A stretch of 64,000 nt of DNA, taken from positions 1-64,000 of the forward strand of contig JAZDJU010000079.1 in assembly GCA_043803685.1 (NCBI GenBank). Direction: 5' to 3'. Below the pieces are notes generated by a model. It did no database searches. It was not told where the DNA came from and was given only the letters and a program-made list of their open reading frames with translations. The translations under genes and the position numbers were made by a program. The DNA is from Candidatus Omnitrophota bacterium (lineage in GTDB: Bacteria > Omnitrophota > Omnitrophia > Omnitrophales > Aquincolibacteriaceae). Below, in pieces: positions 9,517 to 19,438 of the stretch (positions are counted from its first letter, which is position 1; every line of letters starts with the position of its first letter).

Positions 9517-9573
9517 TTTGTCTGAAAACCATGTCTTGTTAAGAGGAGCTTTTTTAAACGAAAGGAGTCAAAG

Positions 9574-9963
9574 ATGGATGGATTGGTGCCGGCAAGTAAG
9601 GGGAAAAGGTTTGCGGCGGGGTTGATCGATTTGGTCATTATTCCCATCGTGTTAGGGATCGTGATCGGCTTGTTGCTCTTAGCGGCTCCGGACATGGTGC
9701 GAAGCATCGTGCTGGTGGTCGTCAATGTCATTTGGTTGATGTTCCGCGACGCTGTTTTTTCTCCGGGTCGGGCGATGGTCAAGGTCAAGATCGTGAGCCT
9801 CACGGGGGAAAAAGTGACCTGGTTGCAGGCGTTGATCCGGAATATTCTTTTGATCATTCCGTTCGTGCTCGTGGTGGGATATATCCTTGAGGTTGTAATG
9901 CTGATCGTCAAGGGACACCGTCTTGCGGACAATTGGGCCAAGACGCAGGTCGTTGAAATTTAA
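9574..9963 (+). CDS. RDD-family membrane protein
   Basis: KRFAAGLID, SPGR, LIRN, GHRLADNWAKTQVV; AAGGAG RBS. Confidence 0.88.
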   Translation: MDGLVPASKGKRFAAGLIDLVIIPIVLGIVIGLLLLAAPDMVRSIVLVVVNVIWLMFRDAVFSPGRAMVKVKIVSLTGEKVTWLQALIRNILLIIPFVLVVGYILEVVMLIVKGHRLADNWAKTQVVEI

Positions 9964-10002
9964 GACCGGGCTTATCAAAACCAGGTTTGAGTCAGTTTTC
10001 AC

Positions 10003-10044
10003 AATTCTCCTCCGTGGGTGACCGCGGAGGAGAATTTTTGTTTT
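10003..10044 (+). terminator. Stem-loop, probable intrinsic terminator
   Basis: AATTCTCCTCCGTGG-GTGA-CCGCGGAGGAGAATT followed by TTTGTTTT. Confidence 0.6.
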
Positions 10045-10059
10045 AAGGAGGTTCAAGTC

Positions 10060-11208
10060 ATGAACGGTGTTCCGACGATCATGAACATGCTGGCATTCTC
10101 ATGGGCAAGAAGCCGGGCGGTACTCTTCCCATTCCGCTTCAAATTCTGGCTCCGTGTGCTGATCGTGGTCTGGCTCGCGGGTGTTGGGATCCACGGATGT
10201 AGCATGAATTTTCAAGCCCCGGCACGATCCTCCAAGGCTGAGTCCGTATCCGTAAAAACCGTTACGGCGCAGTCATCGGCGACCTCCTCCACTAAGATCT
10301 CTCCCTTGGCGGGCACTCCGGGCTCTTTTTCAGGATCGGTTCCCGCGTTCCAACAAGAAGATGCGAAGAATGGGTTGTCCGGTCCAAATTCAAAGTTTAT
10401 CGAAAATCTCAGAACGGGTGCCAAACGCTGGGGCGTTTGGATCGTGGCAGGGCTTGGGGTGTTCGGACTTGTTCTTGGAGTTTTGTTTGCCTGGTTATCG
10501 TGCCGTTTTAATTTCGTGCTTCTGGAGGTGATCCTGACGCGAGAACCCACGATCAAAGAAGCGTTTCAAAGACACAAAGAAGCAGGAAATTCCTATTTTG
10601 TGTGGACCCTGACTTTTCTGGGGATCTGCCTTGCGGCTTTCTTGTTGCCGGGGCTGATCATCGTGCTTTCTTTTGGGATCGCGAAATGGAGCTCCGTCCT
10701 GGGGATCCCTCTCATGGTCCTTGGAGGTCTCTCGATCCTGGCAGTGATCGTTGCGATGATCTTTGTCGGCGCCGTGATGCGCGACTTTGCGCTTCCGATC
10801 ATGTATTCCGAAGGGATCCCGGCCATAAGCGCTTTAAACAAGTTCCTGGACTCTCCCGAATTCACTTTTGGAAAGGTCTTTCAGTATCTTCTCGTGACCT
10901 TCGGTTTATGGATCCTTCTTGCGATACTCCAGACCGTGGTCGGTGTGATTGTGGCGATTGGCGGATTGATCGCGGGAGGTCTTGCGGCTCTTCCTGGCTT
11001 TATTCTGATACAGGTTTTCCCGTTCCTAACACTTCCGCTGATTGTGTTGGGGAGTCTGGTTGCTTCAGTCCTCATTCTGGCTGTTATCGTGATGATCGGT
11101 ATGGTCATGTTACCGGCGGTGATCTTCCTCCGGGCGTTCGCGCTTGCCTATTTGACACGTCTCTATCCCGAATGCGACCTGCTATTGCTTTCGGAGAAGA
11201 GTGCTTGA
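10060..11208 (+). CDS. Multi-pass membrane protein of unknown function
   Basis: Long ORF with many hydrophobic segments; AAGGAGG RBS before ATG 10060. Confidence 0.8.
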   Translation: MNGVPTIMNMLAFSWARSRAVLFPFRFKFWLRVLIVVWLAGVGIHGCSMNFQAPARSSKAESVSVKTVTAQSSATSSTKISPLAGTPGSFSGSVPAFQQEDAKNGLSGPNSKFIENLRTGAKRWGVWIVAGLGVFGLVLGVLFAWLSCRFNFVLLEVILTREPTIKEAFQRHKEAGNSYFVWTLTFLGICLAAFLLPGLIIVLSFGIAKWSSVLGIPLMVLGGLSILAVIVAMIFVGAVMRDFALPIMYSEGIPAISALNKFLDSPEFTFGKVFQYLLVTFGLWILLAILQTVVGVIVAIGGLIAGGLAALPGFILIQVFPFLTLPLIVLGSLVASVLILAVIVMIGMVMLPAVIFLRAFALAYLTRLYPECDLLLLSEKSA

Positions 11209-11295
11209 AAAACCCCGGCAAAGACTTTCTTCTTCGAGATTGTTCCCTCCGGGTCGTCGAATCTGTGTTAGCCTTCTATCAAAGGGAAGAATGCT

Positions 11296-11688
11296 ATGTC
11301 TAAAAAGAAACGTTTTGGAAAAAAACGATCCGTTAAGAAGGATGTAGGGGTTTTGGGAGAGGTGCTTTCTCTCTACGCGAAGCTTGCGGATCTTAAAAAG
11401 GACATGGCTAAGGCGACGGAGGGAGGGGAGAAGGCGGAGGATCGCCTGACGAGCCTCGAGATCCATATGAATATCCTGGCCCGGCTACTGACTACGCTTT
11501 GCATCGAAAAGCTCGGGATCCGTCTCACGGCTCTCAAGCGCCTAGTGCGCCGCGTAGAAAAAGAGGCGGTCCGTGACTCCCAGATCATGGAACTCGAGTC
11601 TCTTTACAAGCTCTCCCATGAAGGTCCCAAGAAGACCCCGCCTGCTAGTATCAAACCCAAGGACGATCCTTGGGAGCAGATCTCATAG
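11296..11688 (+). CDS. Hypothetical protein, predicted helical/coiled-coil
   Basis: 130-aa ORF on the coding strand; no family recognised. Confidence 0.7.
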   Translation: MSKKKRFGKKRSVKKDVGVLGEVLSLYAKLADLKKDMAKATEGGEKAEDRLTSLEIHMNILARLLTTLCIEKLGIRLTALKRLVRRVEKEAVRDSQIMELESLYKLSHEGPKKTPPASIKPKDDPWEQIS

Positions 11689-11837
11689 ACGACGAAGGTC
11701 CTGAAAAGGCTCCTAAGAGATATAAGTACTTTCTTCTGGATGGAACTTGGGTTCGATTTGCAACAAAACAGGTCACTTCATCATTTTCTATAACGCGTTT
11801 CCTGCAAACAGGTTGTAAGCGTCCGATAAACTTGACG

Positions 11838-11866
11838 TTTACAATCAGTTCCATATTGTTTAAAAT
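11838..11866 (+). promoter_or_regulatory. Putative sigma70 promoter TTTACA-17-TAAAAT for topA
   Basis: Near-consensus hexamers with 17-bp spacer. Confidence 0.55.
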
Positions 11867-11884
11867 CCCCTTCCTTGAAAGCGC

Positions 11885-11970
11885 GTGATAAGGCGTAGGT
11901 GGTAAGGCTTAAGTTATAGCCATCAAGCGTCTTATCCTCTTTTGTTTACGGCTGATCACTTATCACTTAC
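11885..11970. repeat. Degenerate inverted 7-mer array (GTGATAA/GGCGTAG ... TTACGGC/TTATCAC)
   Basis: Period-7 units in opposite orientation at both ends of the topA leader. Confidence 0.55.
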
Positions 11971-11982
11971 TGAGGAGTTTTT

Positions 11983-14118
11983 GTGGCGAAAGCAAAAAAG
12001 AGCGTCAAAGGCGTCAAGAGTTCCAAAACTTCCAAATCTGCCAAGGTCGCCGCCAGGGCTGCGAACGGGCCCAAATATCTGGTCATCGTCGAGTCTCCTG
12101 CCAAGGCCAAGACCATCAATAAGTTCCTGGGAAAAGACTTCCATGTCGTCGCATCCATGGGACATGTCCGGGACCTTCCGAAGAGCCGGATGGCCGTCGA
12201 TATCGAACATGATTTCACCCCGGAATATATCATTATCCGGCGGGCCCTGAAAACGGTCAAACAGCTCAAGGCCGATGCCGAGGGGAAAGAGATCATCTAT
12301 GTCGCTCCCGATCCTGACCGGGAGGGTGAGGCCATCAGCTGGCACCTGGCTCACATCTTTTCGGAAGAAGGACACGGTCCGAAGATCCTCCGGGTGGAAT
12401 TTAACGAGATCACCAAAGAGGCCGTGCTGAAGGCTTTTGAACATCCCCGCGAGATCGACATGGATCTCGTGAACGCGCAGCAGGCGCGCCGCATTCTGGA
12501 TCGCGTGGTGGGCTATCAATTGAGTCCGCTTCTCTGGCGGAACGTTGGCCGGGGACTCAGCGCCGGGCGCGTGCAGTCGGTGGCGCTCCGGTTCATCGTG
12601 GACCGCGAACGCGAGATCCGGAAATTCGTGCCGCAGGAATACTGGACGCTCGACGCGAAACTCTCCGCGGTGGAAGGTCCGGAACAATCCAGGATCTTTC
12701 TCTCCCGTCTGACGCAGATCGATAAAGTAAAACCCGAGCTCAAGACCCAGGCCGAGATCGACGGGATCAAGCAGGAACTGGGGCAGCTTCCTTTCCAGGT
12801 CTCGAACATCGAAAAGACTGAAAAACGCCGCAAGCCGCAGGCGCCTTATTCCACGAGCAAACTTCAGCAGGAGGCCTACAGCCGGCTCGGGTTCTCGGCG
12901 GCGAACACCATGCGGATCGCGCAGCGGCTTTACGAAGGCGTGGAGCTCGGCGAACAGGGCAGTGTGGGTCTTATCACTTATATGAGAACCGATTCCGTGA
13001 ACGTCGCCGTCTCCGCGCAGGAAGAAGCCGCGAACTATATCCGGGAAAAGTTCGGAAAAGACTATCTCCCAGAAAAACCGCCCATTTATAAATCCCGCAA
13101 GGGCGCCCAGGAAGCCCACGAGGCTGTCCGTCCGACGTCGGCCTTTCGTATCCCGGATTCGCTCAAGGATTTCCTGGAGCCCGATGAATTAAAACTTTAT
13201 GAACTGATCTGGAGAAAGTTCCTCGCGTCCCAGATGACGCCGGCGGTCGACGAACACACCGCGCTTTCGATCCTGGCCGGAGAGAAATATGGATTCCGGA
13301 CGACCGGTAAGCGCAATCTTTTCCTGGGATTCACCGCCGCGTTCGGTGAGATCAAAGTGGAGACGGAAAATTCCAAAGAATCCGAAGAAGAAGCTCCGGA
13401 AGTATCGGAGCTCCCGGACCTTCAAATAGGACAGAAGCTGACCCTTCATGAGCTTCTGGGCGAACAACATTTCACCAAGCCTCCGGCGCGGTTTAACGAC
13501 GCGAGCCTGATCAAAATACTTGAAGAAAAAGGTATCGGCCGTCCGAGCACCTACGCACCTACGATCTCGACCATTCTCGGACGCATGTATGCCGAGCGGA
13601 AGGGGGGCGCGCTCATGCCGACCGAACTCGGGGAGACGGTTCTGGATATCCTGGTACAGCATTTTCCGACGATCTTGGACGTGGAGTTCACGGCGCTTAT
13701 GGAAGCAGAGCTCGACGAGATCGAGGAAGGAAAGCTGGAGTGGGTGAAAGTCCTGAAGGATTTTTACGGGCCCTTTGCGGAGTTCTTGGCGCGGGCGCAG
13801 ACCGAAATGAAGAGCGTCAAACAGGCGCCCATCCCAACGGATTACAAATGCGGCCTTTGCGGCAAACAGGTCATGATCAAATTCGGACGGTTCGGAAAAT
13901 TCATGGCCTGTTCCGGATTTCCGGAATGCAAATACACACGCTCTATTCCGACAGGGTTCTTCTGTCCGGAGCCGGGTTGCGGCGGTGAGCTCGTGAAGCG
14001 CCGGGCCAAAGGCCGACGGGCTTTCTACGGTTGTTCGAATTACCCGAAATGCACGCACGTGGTTAACGAGCTTCCGAAGAAAGAAGACGCTGCCGAAGCT
14101 TCGTCCGAAGCGCCGTGA
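11983..14118 (+). CDS. topA: DNA topoisomerase I
   Basis: LVIVESPAKAKTI, GHVRDLP, DPDREGEAI, SAGRVQS, ITYMRTDS; C-terminal zinc ribbons. Confidence 0.97.
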   Translation: MAKAKKSVKGVKSSKTSKSAKVAARAANGPKYLVIVESPAKAKTINKFLGKDFHVVASMGHVRDLPKSRMAVDIEHDFTPEYIIIRRALKTVKQLKADAEGKEIIYVAPDPDREGEAISWHLAHIFSEEGHGPKILRVEFNEITKEAVLKAFEHPREIDMDLVNAQQARRILDRVVGYQLSPLLWRNVGRGLSAGRVQSVALRFIVDREREIRKFVPQEYWTLDAKLSAVEGPEQSRIFLSRLTQIDKVKPELKTQAEIDGIKQELGQLPFQVSNIEKTEKRRKPQAPYSTSKLQQEAYSRLGFSAANTMRIAQRLYEGVELGEQGSVGLITYMRTDSVNVAVSAQEEAANYIREKFGKDYLPEKPPIYKSRKGAQEAHEAVRPTSAFRIPDSLKDFLEPDELKLYELIWRKFLASQMTPAVDEHTALSILAGEKYGFRTTGKRNLFLGFTAAFGEIKVETENSKESEEEAPEVSELPDLQIGQKLTLHELLGEQHFTKPPARFNDASLIKILEEKGIGRPSTYAPTISTILGRMYAERKGGALMPTELGETVLDILVQHFPTILDVEFTALMEAELDEIEEGKLEWVKVLKDFYGPFAEFLARAQTEMKSVKQAPIPTDYKCGLCGKQVMIKFGRFGKFMACSGFPECKYTRSIPTGFFCPEPGCGGELVKRRAKGRRAFYGCSNYPKCTHVVNELPKKEDAAEASSEAP

Positions 14119-14128
14119 GCTCTAGAAC

Positions 14129-15007
14129 ATGAACAAGCAGGTCGAGGATTTCCTCAATTTTCTCGCGACCGAAAAGGGCGCTTCGGTGCATACGACTAAG
14201 AATTACGGCATCGATCTCCGGGAATTCGTGAAGTTCATGGCGGAAAAAGAGCTCCGGAGCCTGAGCTATCTCGATATCCGTTCCTTTCTGGCGTTCCTGA
14301 AGACCCGCGAGTACAGCAAGAGCTCCATTTCCCGGAAGCTTGCCTGTCTTCGTTCTTTCTTCAAATATCTCGTGCGCGAGAATATCCTGACGCAAAATCC
14401 CGCGGCGGGGATCGCGACCCCTAAAAAGGAAAAACGGCTTCCATCTTTCATGAATCCCGATGAGGTCACGAAGCTTCTCGACGCTCCGGACAAGAATTCC
14501 TGGGAGGAGAAACGCGATAAGGCGATCCTGGAGATGCTCTACAGCTCCGGGCTCCGCGTGAGCGAACTTGCGGGACTCAATCATGACGATCTGGATTTTT
14601 TCGGAGGACTGGTCCGTGTGCGCGGCAAAGGAAAGAAAGAGCGTATTGTTCCGGTGGGACAAACGGCGCTCAACTGCCTGCGGGCTTATTGCGACATGAA
14701 AGCTCCGCGTGAGGTCGCGAACGCGATCAAAAAACCGCTTTTCATCAGCCGGATCGGGAGCCGTCTCACGGACCGCAGTGTCCGGCGCATGATCCTGAAA
14801 TACGTGAAACGCACGGGGCTCGGCAAGGAGATCTCGCCGCACATGTTCCGTCATTCTTTCGCGACACATATGCTTGATCGCGGGGCGGATCTCCGGAGTG
14901 TTCAGGAACTTTTAGGCCACGCGAATCTTTCGACGACACAGATCTACACGCATGTGACGACCCAGCGTCTTAAGGACGCTTACGCGGCGGCGCATCCGAG
15001 GGCGTGA
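14129..15007 (+). CDS. xerC: Tyrosine recombinase XerC
   Basis: LYSSGLRVSEL, GKGKKER, HMFRHSFATH, LLGHANLSTTQIYTHV; follows topA. Confidence 0.88.
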   Translation: MNKQVEDFLNFLATEKGASVHTTKNYGIDLREFVKFMAEKELRSLSYLDIRSFLAFLKTREYSKSSISRKLACLRSFFKYLVRENILTQNPAAGIATPKKEKRLPSFMNPDEVTKLLDAPDKNSWEEKRDKAILEMLYSSGLRVSELAGLNHDDLDFFGGLVRVRGKGKKERIVPVGQTALNCLRAYCDMKAPREVANAIKKPLFISRIGSRLTDRSVRRMILKYVKRTGLGKEISPHMFRHSFATHMLDRGADLRSVQELLGHANLSTTQIYTHVTTQRLKDAYAAAHPRA

Positions 15008-15015
15008 ATCGCGGG

Positions 15016-15068
15016 CCACGAACCATGCACCACGTACCACGTTTTTCGTGGACCGTGGTTCGTGGCAC
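15016..15068. repeat. Hairpin of inverted 7-mers (CCACGAA CCATGCA CCACGTA CCACG / CGTGG ACCGTGG TTCGTGG CAC)
   Basis: Period-7 array then its reverse complement; sister copy at 62989-63034. Confidence 0.85.
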
Positions 15069-15088
15069 GAGTAACACAAAGGGAATAA

Positions 15089-16492
15089 ATGATCAGAACG
15101 TTTTTGTACAATCTAGCATTCACGGTGTTCGCGGTCTTTTATGCGCCGGTCTTTTTGTCGAAGCTCCGGCAGGCCGAGGATCCGGGCGCGCTTTGGCGGG
15201 AACGACGGGGGATATTCCCAAAAGATTGGGCCGGGAAATTCGCCGGGAAGAAGATCGTCTGGCTCCACGCCGTGAGCGTCGGAGAAGTGATGGCGGTCGA
15301 AAAATTCATCGGGGAGTGGCTTGCTTCGGCGCCAGAGTATGATCTGTTGCTAACGACCGTCACGCCGACGGGGCAAAGGATCGCGAAAAAATTCGAGGGA
15401 CCGCGAGTCCATGTTTGCTATTTTCCGTTCGATCTGACGCCGGTCGTGAAACGTTTTCTCGATCTTTTCAAGCCGGTCTGTTTATTACTGGTCGAGACCG
15501 AGATCTGGCCGAATGTTGTGACGGAAGCCAAACGGCGGGGCGTGCCGGTGGGCGTGATCAACGCGCGGCTCTCGGAGCGTTCGCTCAAAAGATACAAGAT
15601 CATTCCTTGGATTTTTAAGCCTTTGTGGGAGAAACTTGATTTTGTGTTCGCACAATCTGAAGAAGATGCCGGGCGCTTCCGGGCCTTGGGGATTACCGAA
15701 GGATCGGCGCGGGATATGGGGAACCTGAAATTTGATCAGGGAGAGGGAACTGCGGGAGGCGGGGTGGATGTGCCAGGGTTACGCCGTGCCTGGGGATATG
15801 GCTCCGGAGATCTTGTGTTGATCGCGGGGAGCACGCATCCGGGAGAAGAAGAAATGCTCCTGGCTGCTTTCAAGGTGTTGCGCGAAAAGTTCCCGACGCT
15901 TAAGTTGATCCTGGCGCCGCGGCACATTGAGCGTTCGGAAGGAATTTTGAAACGATCAGAACAATATGGGTTTCATGCAGCCTTGTCGTTAAAACCGGTC
16001 TCTTCTCAAAAAGAGGAGAGGGCGGGGAAGCAAGAAGGTCCGGGGCCTGAGGTGCGGGTCCTGAACCAGTTGGGCGTTCTTAAGAATCTGTACGGAATCG
16101 CGGATCTCGTGTTCATGGGCGGGAGTTTGATCCCTCACGGCGGTCAAAACCCGATCGAGCCCGCGCGTTTTAGTAAAGCAGTGCTCCATGGATCGCATGT
16201 TTTCAACTTTCACAAGATCTACCACCTGCTCGATCATGACGGTGGCGCTCTTAGGATCTCGGCCCCGGACGAACTGTCGTCCGCGGCGGCAGAGCTTCTT
16301 GCTCACGAGAGCCGGCGTCATGCTATGGGGCAAAAGGCTTTTCAGATCATTAACCGTTTACGGGGTGCCAGCAAATGTCAGGCCGGGTGGGTCTTGACGT
16401 TTCTCAGGAACCGGCGTCCCCAGGAAAGGATCAGAAATAATGGACAGCATGAAGAATTACTTTCGTCTCTTGGCGGAGGACAAACAAAATGA
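15089..16492 (+). CDS. waaA: Kdo transferase
   Basis: WLHAVSVGE, TPTG, ETEIWPN, INARLS, GNLKFD, AGSTHPGEE, GGQNPIEPA. Confidence 0.95.
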   Translation: MIRTFLYNLAFTVFAVFYAPVFLSKLRQAEDPGALWRERRGIFPKDWAGKFAGKKIVWLHAVSVGEVMAVEKFIGEWLASAPEYDLLLTTVTPTGQRIAKKFEGPRVHVCYFPFDLTPVVKRFLDLFKPVCLLLVETEIWPNVVTEAKRRGVPVGVINARLSERSLKRYKIIPWIFKPLWEKLDFVFAQSEEDAGRFRALGITEGSARDMGNLKFDQGEGTAGGGVDVPGLRRAWGYGSGDLVLIAGSTHPGEEEMLLAAFKVLREKFPTLKLILAPRHIERSEGILKRSEQYGFHAALSLKPVSSQKEERAGKQEGPGPEVRVLNQLGVLKNLYGIADLVFMGGSLIPHGGQNPIEPARFSKAVLHGSHVFNFHKIYHLLDHDGGALRISAPDELSSAAAELLAHESRRHAMGQKAFQIINRLRGASKCQAGWVLTFLRNRRPQERIRNNGQHEELLSSLGGGQTK

Positions 16493-17489
16493 CCCGACGA
16501 GCGGAGTTCTCTCCGCGCTCCTGTCACTGGCGGCGTGGGGGTACGGGCTCGGGGTTCGGGTGTTCCGCGGGCTTTACGAGAAAAAGATCCTAAAACGTAA
16601 TCGTCTGCCCTATCCTGTCATCAGCGTTGGCAATCTGACCTGGGGCGGCACCGGCAAAACGCCCTTCGTGGAATATCTCGCGCGAAAGATCGGCACGCAC
16701 CGGCGCGTCCCCTTGGTCCTGACGCGCGGTTACAGTCATGACGAGGCCGTGGAGCTCCAGAACCATCTTCCAAGCGCCGTGATCGGCGTTGGAAAGGATC
16801 GCACCAAGGTCGCCCAACGCGTCAAAGAAGAAAAACGGCATGTGGATATCGCCATTCTGGATGACGGGCTTCAGCATCAGGTGCTCGAGCGGGACGTCGA
16901 CATCGTAGTCGTCAATTCGCTGAACCCTTTTGGTAACGGAAAACTTATCCCGCGGGGGATCCTGCGCGAACCTCTCTCCGTTTTGAACCGGGCGGCCATC
17001 ATCGTGCTCACACACGTGAATCTGGTGAGCCCCGAAGAGCTGGTGAAGCTCAAGGCGAAGATCAAGGATCTCGCGCCTCAGGCGCAACTGGTTGAGACGC
17101 TCATGGAGGTGCTCTTCCTTTATCGCGCCAAGACGAAGGTCCGGACGGCGATCGAGAAAATGGCCGGCCGGCGCGTTTCGACTTTTGCTGCGGTAGGGAC
17201 GCCTCGGTCCTTTCAACTCGTTTTGCAGCGTTTTCAGCTGAAGACCATCCGGAACTTCGAATTCCTGGACCATCATGAATACACCAAAGAAGAACTCATG
17301 AAGATCAAGGAAGTCGCGCAGTCGGCTGGCGCCGAGGAGATCATCACGACGGAAAAGGATTATTACCGCTCGCGCGATTTGATCACCGAAACACTGAACC
17401 CGCTGGTGCTTGCCGCGCGGCTCCGAGTCGTATCGGGAGAGGAGATCCTCACCGACCGGTTGTTTCGTTTGCTGGGAGTCAAGAACTGA
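16449..17489 (+). CDS. lpxK: Tetraacyldisaccharide 4'-kinase (start 16440 or 16449)
   Basis: VISVGNLTWGGTGKTP, LTRGY, LDDGLQH, PRGILRE, FLDHH, TTEKD. Confidence 0.95.
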   Translation: MKNYFRLLAEDKQNDPTSGVLSALLSLAAWGYGLGVRVFRGLYEKKILKRNRLPYPVISVGNLTWGGTGKTPFVEYLARKIGTHRRVPLVLTRGYSHDEAVELQNHLPSAVIGVGKDRTKVAQRVKEEKRHVDIAILDDGLQHQVLERDVDIVVVNSLNPFGNGKLIPRGILREPLSVLNRAAIIVLTHVNLVSPEELVKLKAKIKDLAPQAQLVETLMEVLFLYRAKTKVRTAIEKMAGRRVSTFAAVGTPRSFQLVLQRFQLKTIRNFEFLDHHEYTKEELMKIKEVAQSAGAEEIITTEKDYYRSRDLITETLNPLVLAARLRVVSGEEILTDRLFRLLGVKN

Positions 17490-19438
17490 TGGAAGATTTG
17501 CTCGACCGGATCGCTTATCTCATCGCTCGCGCGCTCATTTTTATTTTTGAGCGCATCCCGCTCGCCGTCGGCCTCAAGATCGGCGACGTTCTGGGGCGCG
17601 CGGTCTTCTATGTTTCCCAAAAGCGCCGCGTGGCCTACATCAATCTGAAAGCGGCACTTGGGGAACAACTGACCTCCGCTGAGCGTTGGAAGGCCGTGCG
17701 CGAGCATTTCGGTTTGATGGGACAGAACGTCGTCGAGGTGATGTCCTTCCGGCGGATGAAACGCGAACATCACGATTTTCATGTTAAGACCCAGGGCGTT
17801 GAGCGGTACGAAGAGCTTCTTCGCTCGGGTCGCGGAGGAGTCCTTCTTACCGCGCATTTCGGGAATTGGGAGCTCCTGCAGGTCTGGTCGGGGCTTCGTG
17901 GTACGCCGATCCATATTTTGGCGCGAGAGCAAAAATATCCGAGGATCAACGGATTGATCAACGAGCTTCGCGAAAGCCACGGCTCGATCTCGATCCGTCG
18001 CGGCGCGGGTGTTCGCGGGTTGATCCGGGCGCTTCGCGAGAAAAAGATGGTCGGAGTTCTGGGCGACCAGTCCGCCGGCAAGACCGAGGGCATTATCCTG
18101 CCGTTCTTTGGCCGGAGGACGACGGTTCCGGTTGGAGCCTTTCAATTGGCCCATCGTACGGACGCGGCTATCATGCCGTTCTTTATCGTAAGGACCGTGG
18201 GCCCTGAGCACGAAGTCTATTCTGAGGCGATCCTTAAAGATGATACCAGTCTCGCTCCAAAGGCACGCGTCGAATACCAGGCGCGGCAATATCTGGAAGT
18301 CCTCGAAGGTTTTATCCGGAAATTCCCGAACCAGTGGCTTTGGGAGAACAAACGGTGGAAGTATTGCTGGGACCGGAAGATCGTGATCCTCTCGGACGGA
18401 AAGGCCGGACATTTCAAACAATCCGAAGCCGTGGCAGAGATGCTCGCGAGTTTCAAGGAATTCCACGGACGTCCCGGTCTCAAGTTTGAGACCGAAGAGA
18501 TCCGCGTGGAATATCGCTCGGAGTTCCATCGTTCGGCCTTGTTCCTCGCGGCCTTTTTCATGAAACCGTGGATCCAGGGGCGACTTCACTGGCTCGCGCC
18601 TTTTTTCACTCCCGAAACCCAAAAGGCGATCGAACGGCTGAATGCGGATTTCATCATCGCGGCGGGGTCCGGACTCGCGCCGCTTCAGCGGCTTCTCGCG
18701 CGGGAGACCGGCGCGAAGTCGGTCGTGATCATGAACCCTCCTTTCCCTTATTCTGTGACGCATTATGATCTCGCGATCGTGCCGGCACATGACGGTGGCG
18801 GAGTTCCCAAAAGAACGTTCCGTTGTGTGATCATGCCAAGCGGTTACGGGACTGCGGATCGCGCGGCGGATGTCGCGCAATTGCGGGTAAAGCTTGGGGA
18901 AGGGTCCTCGCCAAAGATCGCGGTGTTCCTTGGCGGCGCGACACGGAGTTATGATCTGACCGTGTCGGACGCGGAGAAACTTTGCTCGGCTCTGAAACGC
19001 GCCAAGCCGCGCGCCGGGGATTATATGATCACCACGTCCCGGCGAACTTCAGCGCCTGTCGAGCGGTTTTTAAAGAGCGCGCTTACCCAGCATCCGGGCT
19101 GCAGGCTTCTTGTGATCGCTAATGAGGATAACCCCGCTTATGCGATCAGTGGCATGATGGGGTTCGCGGATCTTTTGATCGTGACCGGGGACAGTCTCGC
19201 CATGATCTCGGAAGCGGTCGGGACCGGCAAACGCGTGATCGTGCTGAGTCTTGGGGAGGGCGAGCTTCCGGAAAAACATTATCGTTTTCATCAGATCCTT
19301 GTTCAGCGCGGGCTTGTGACTTTGAGCGGTCTGGCGGATTTGGAAAAGAATATCACGGAACTTCTTGGGAAACCGGTGACGCCAGTATTCCAACGCGAAA
19401 AAAATGCCCTGATCGAACGTTTAGGAGCCTTGATATGA
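17489..19438 (+). CDS. Fusion: lipid A late acyltransferase (LpxL-like) plus ELM1/GtrOC1-like domain
   Basis: N-half LTAHFGNWE, LGDQ, PNQWLWENKRWK; C-half ILSDGKAGHFKQS, PAHD, TTSRRT, VTGDSLAMISEAVGTGK. Confidence 0.85.
   Translation: MEDLLDRIAYLIARALIFIFERIPLAVGLKIGDVLGRAVFYVSQKRRVAYINLKAALGEQLTSAERWKAVREHFGLMGQNVVEVMSFRRMKREHHDFHVKTQGVERYEELLRSGRGGVLLTAHFGNWELLQVWSGLRGTPIHILAREQKYPRINGLINELRESHGSISIRRGAGVRGLIRALREKKMVGVLGDQSAGKTEGIILPFFGRRTTVPVGAFQLAHRTDAAIMPFFIVRTVGPEHEVYSEAILKDDTSLAPKARVEYQARQYLEVLEGFIRKFPNQWLWENKRWKYCWDRKIVILSDGKAGHFKQSEAVAEMLASFKEFHGRPGLKFETEEIRVEYRSEFHRSALFLAAFFMKPWIQGRLHWLAPFFTPETQKAIERLNADFIIAAGSGLAPLQRLLARETGAKSVVIMNPPFPYSVTHYDLAIVPAHDGGGVPKRTFRCVIMPSGYGTADRAADVAQLRVKLGEGSSPKIAVFLGGATRSYDLTVSDAEKLCSALKRAKPRAGDYMITTSRRTSAPVERFLKSALTQHPGCRLLVIANEDNPAYAISGMMGFADLLIVTGDSLAMISEAVGTGKRVIVLSLGEGELPEKHYRFHQILVQRGLVTLSGLADLEKNITELLGKPVTPVFQREKNALIERLGALI

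Noticed and set aside
14129..15007. Phage or island integrase
   Set aside because: Size, motifs and the dprA-topA-xerC context indicate housekeeping XerC; no att sites or phage genes are nearby
15004..15342. 112-aa ORF after xerC
   Set aside because: Its start is the translated 7-mer hairpin and the remainder overlaps waaA out of frame
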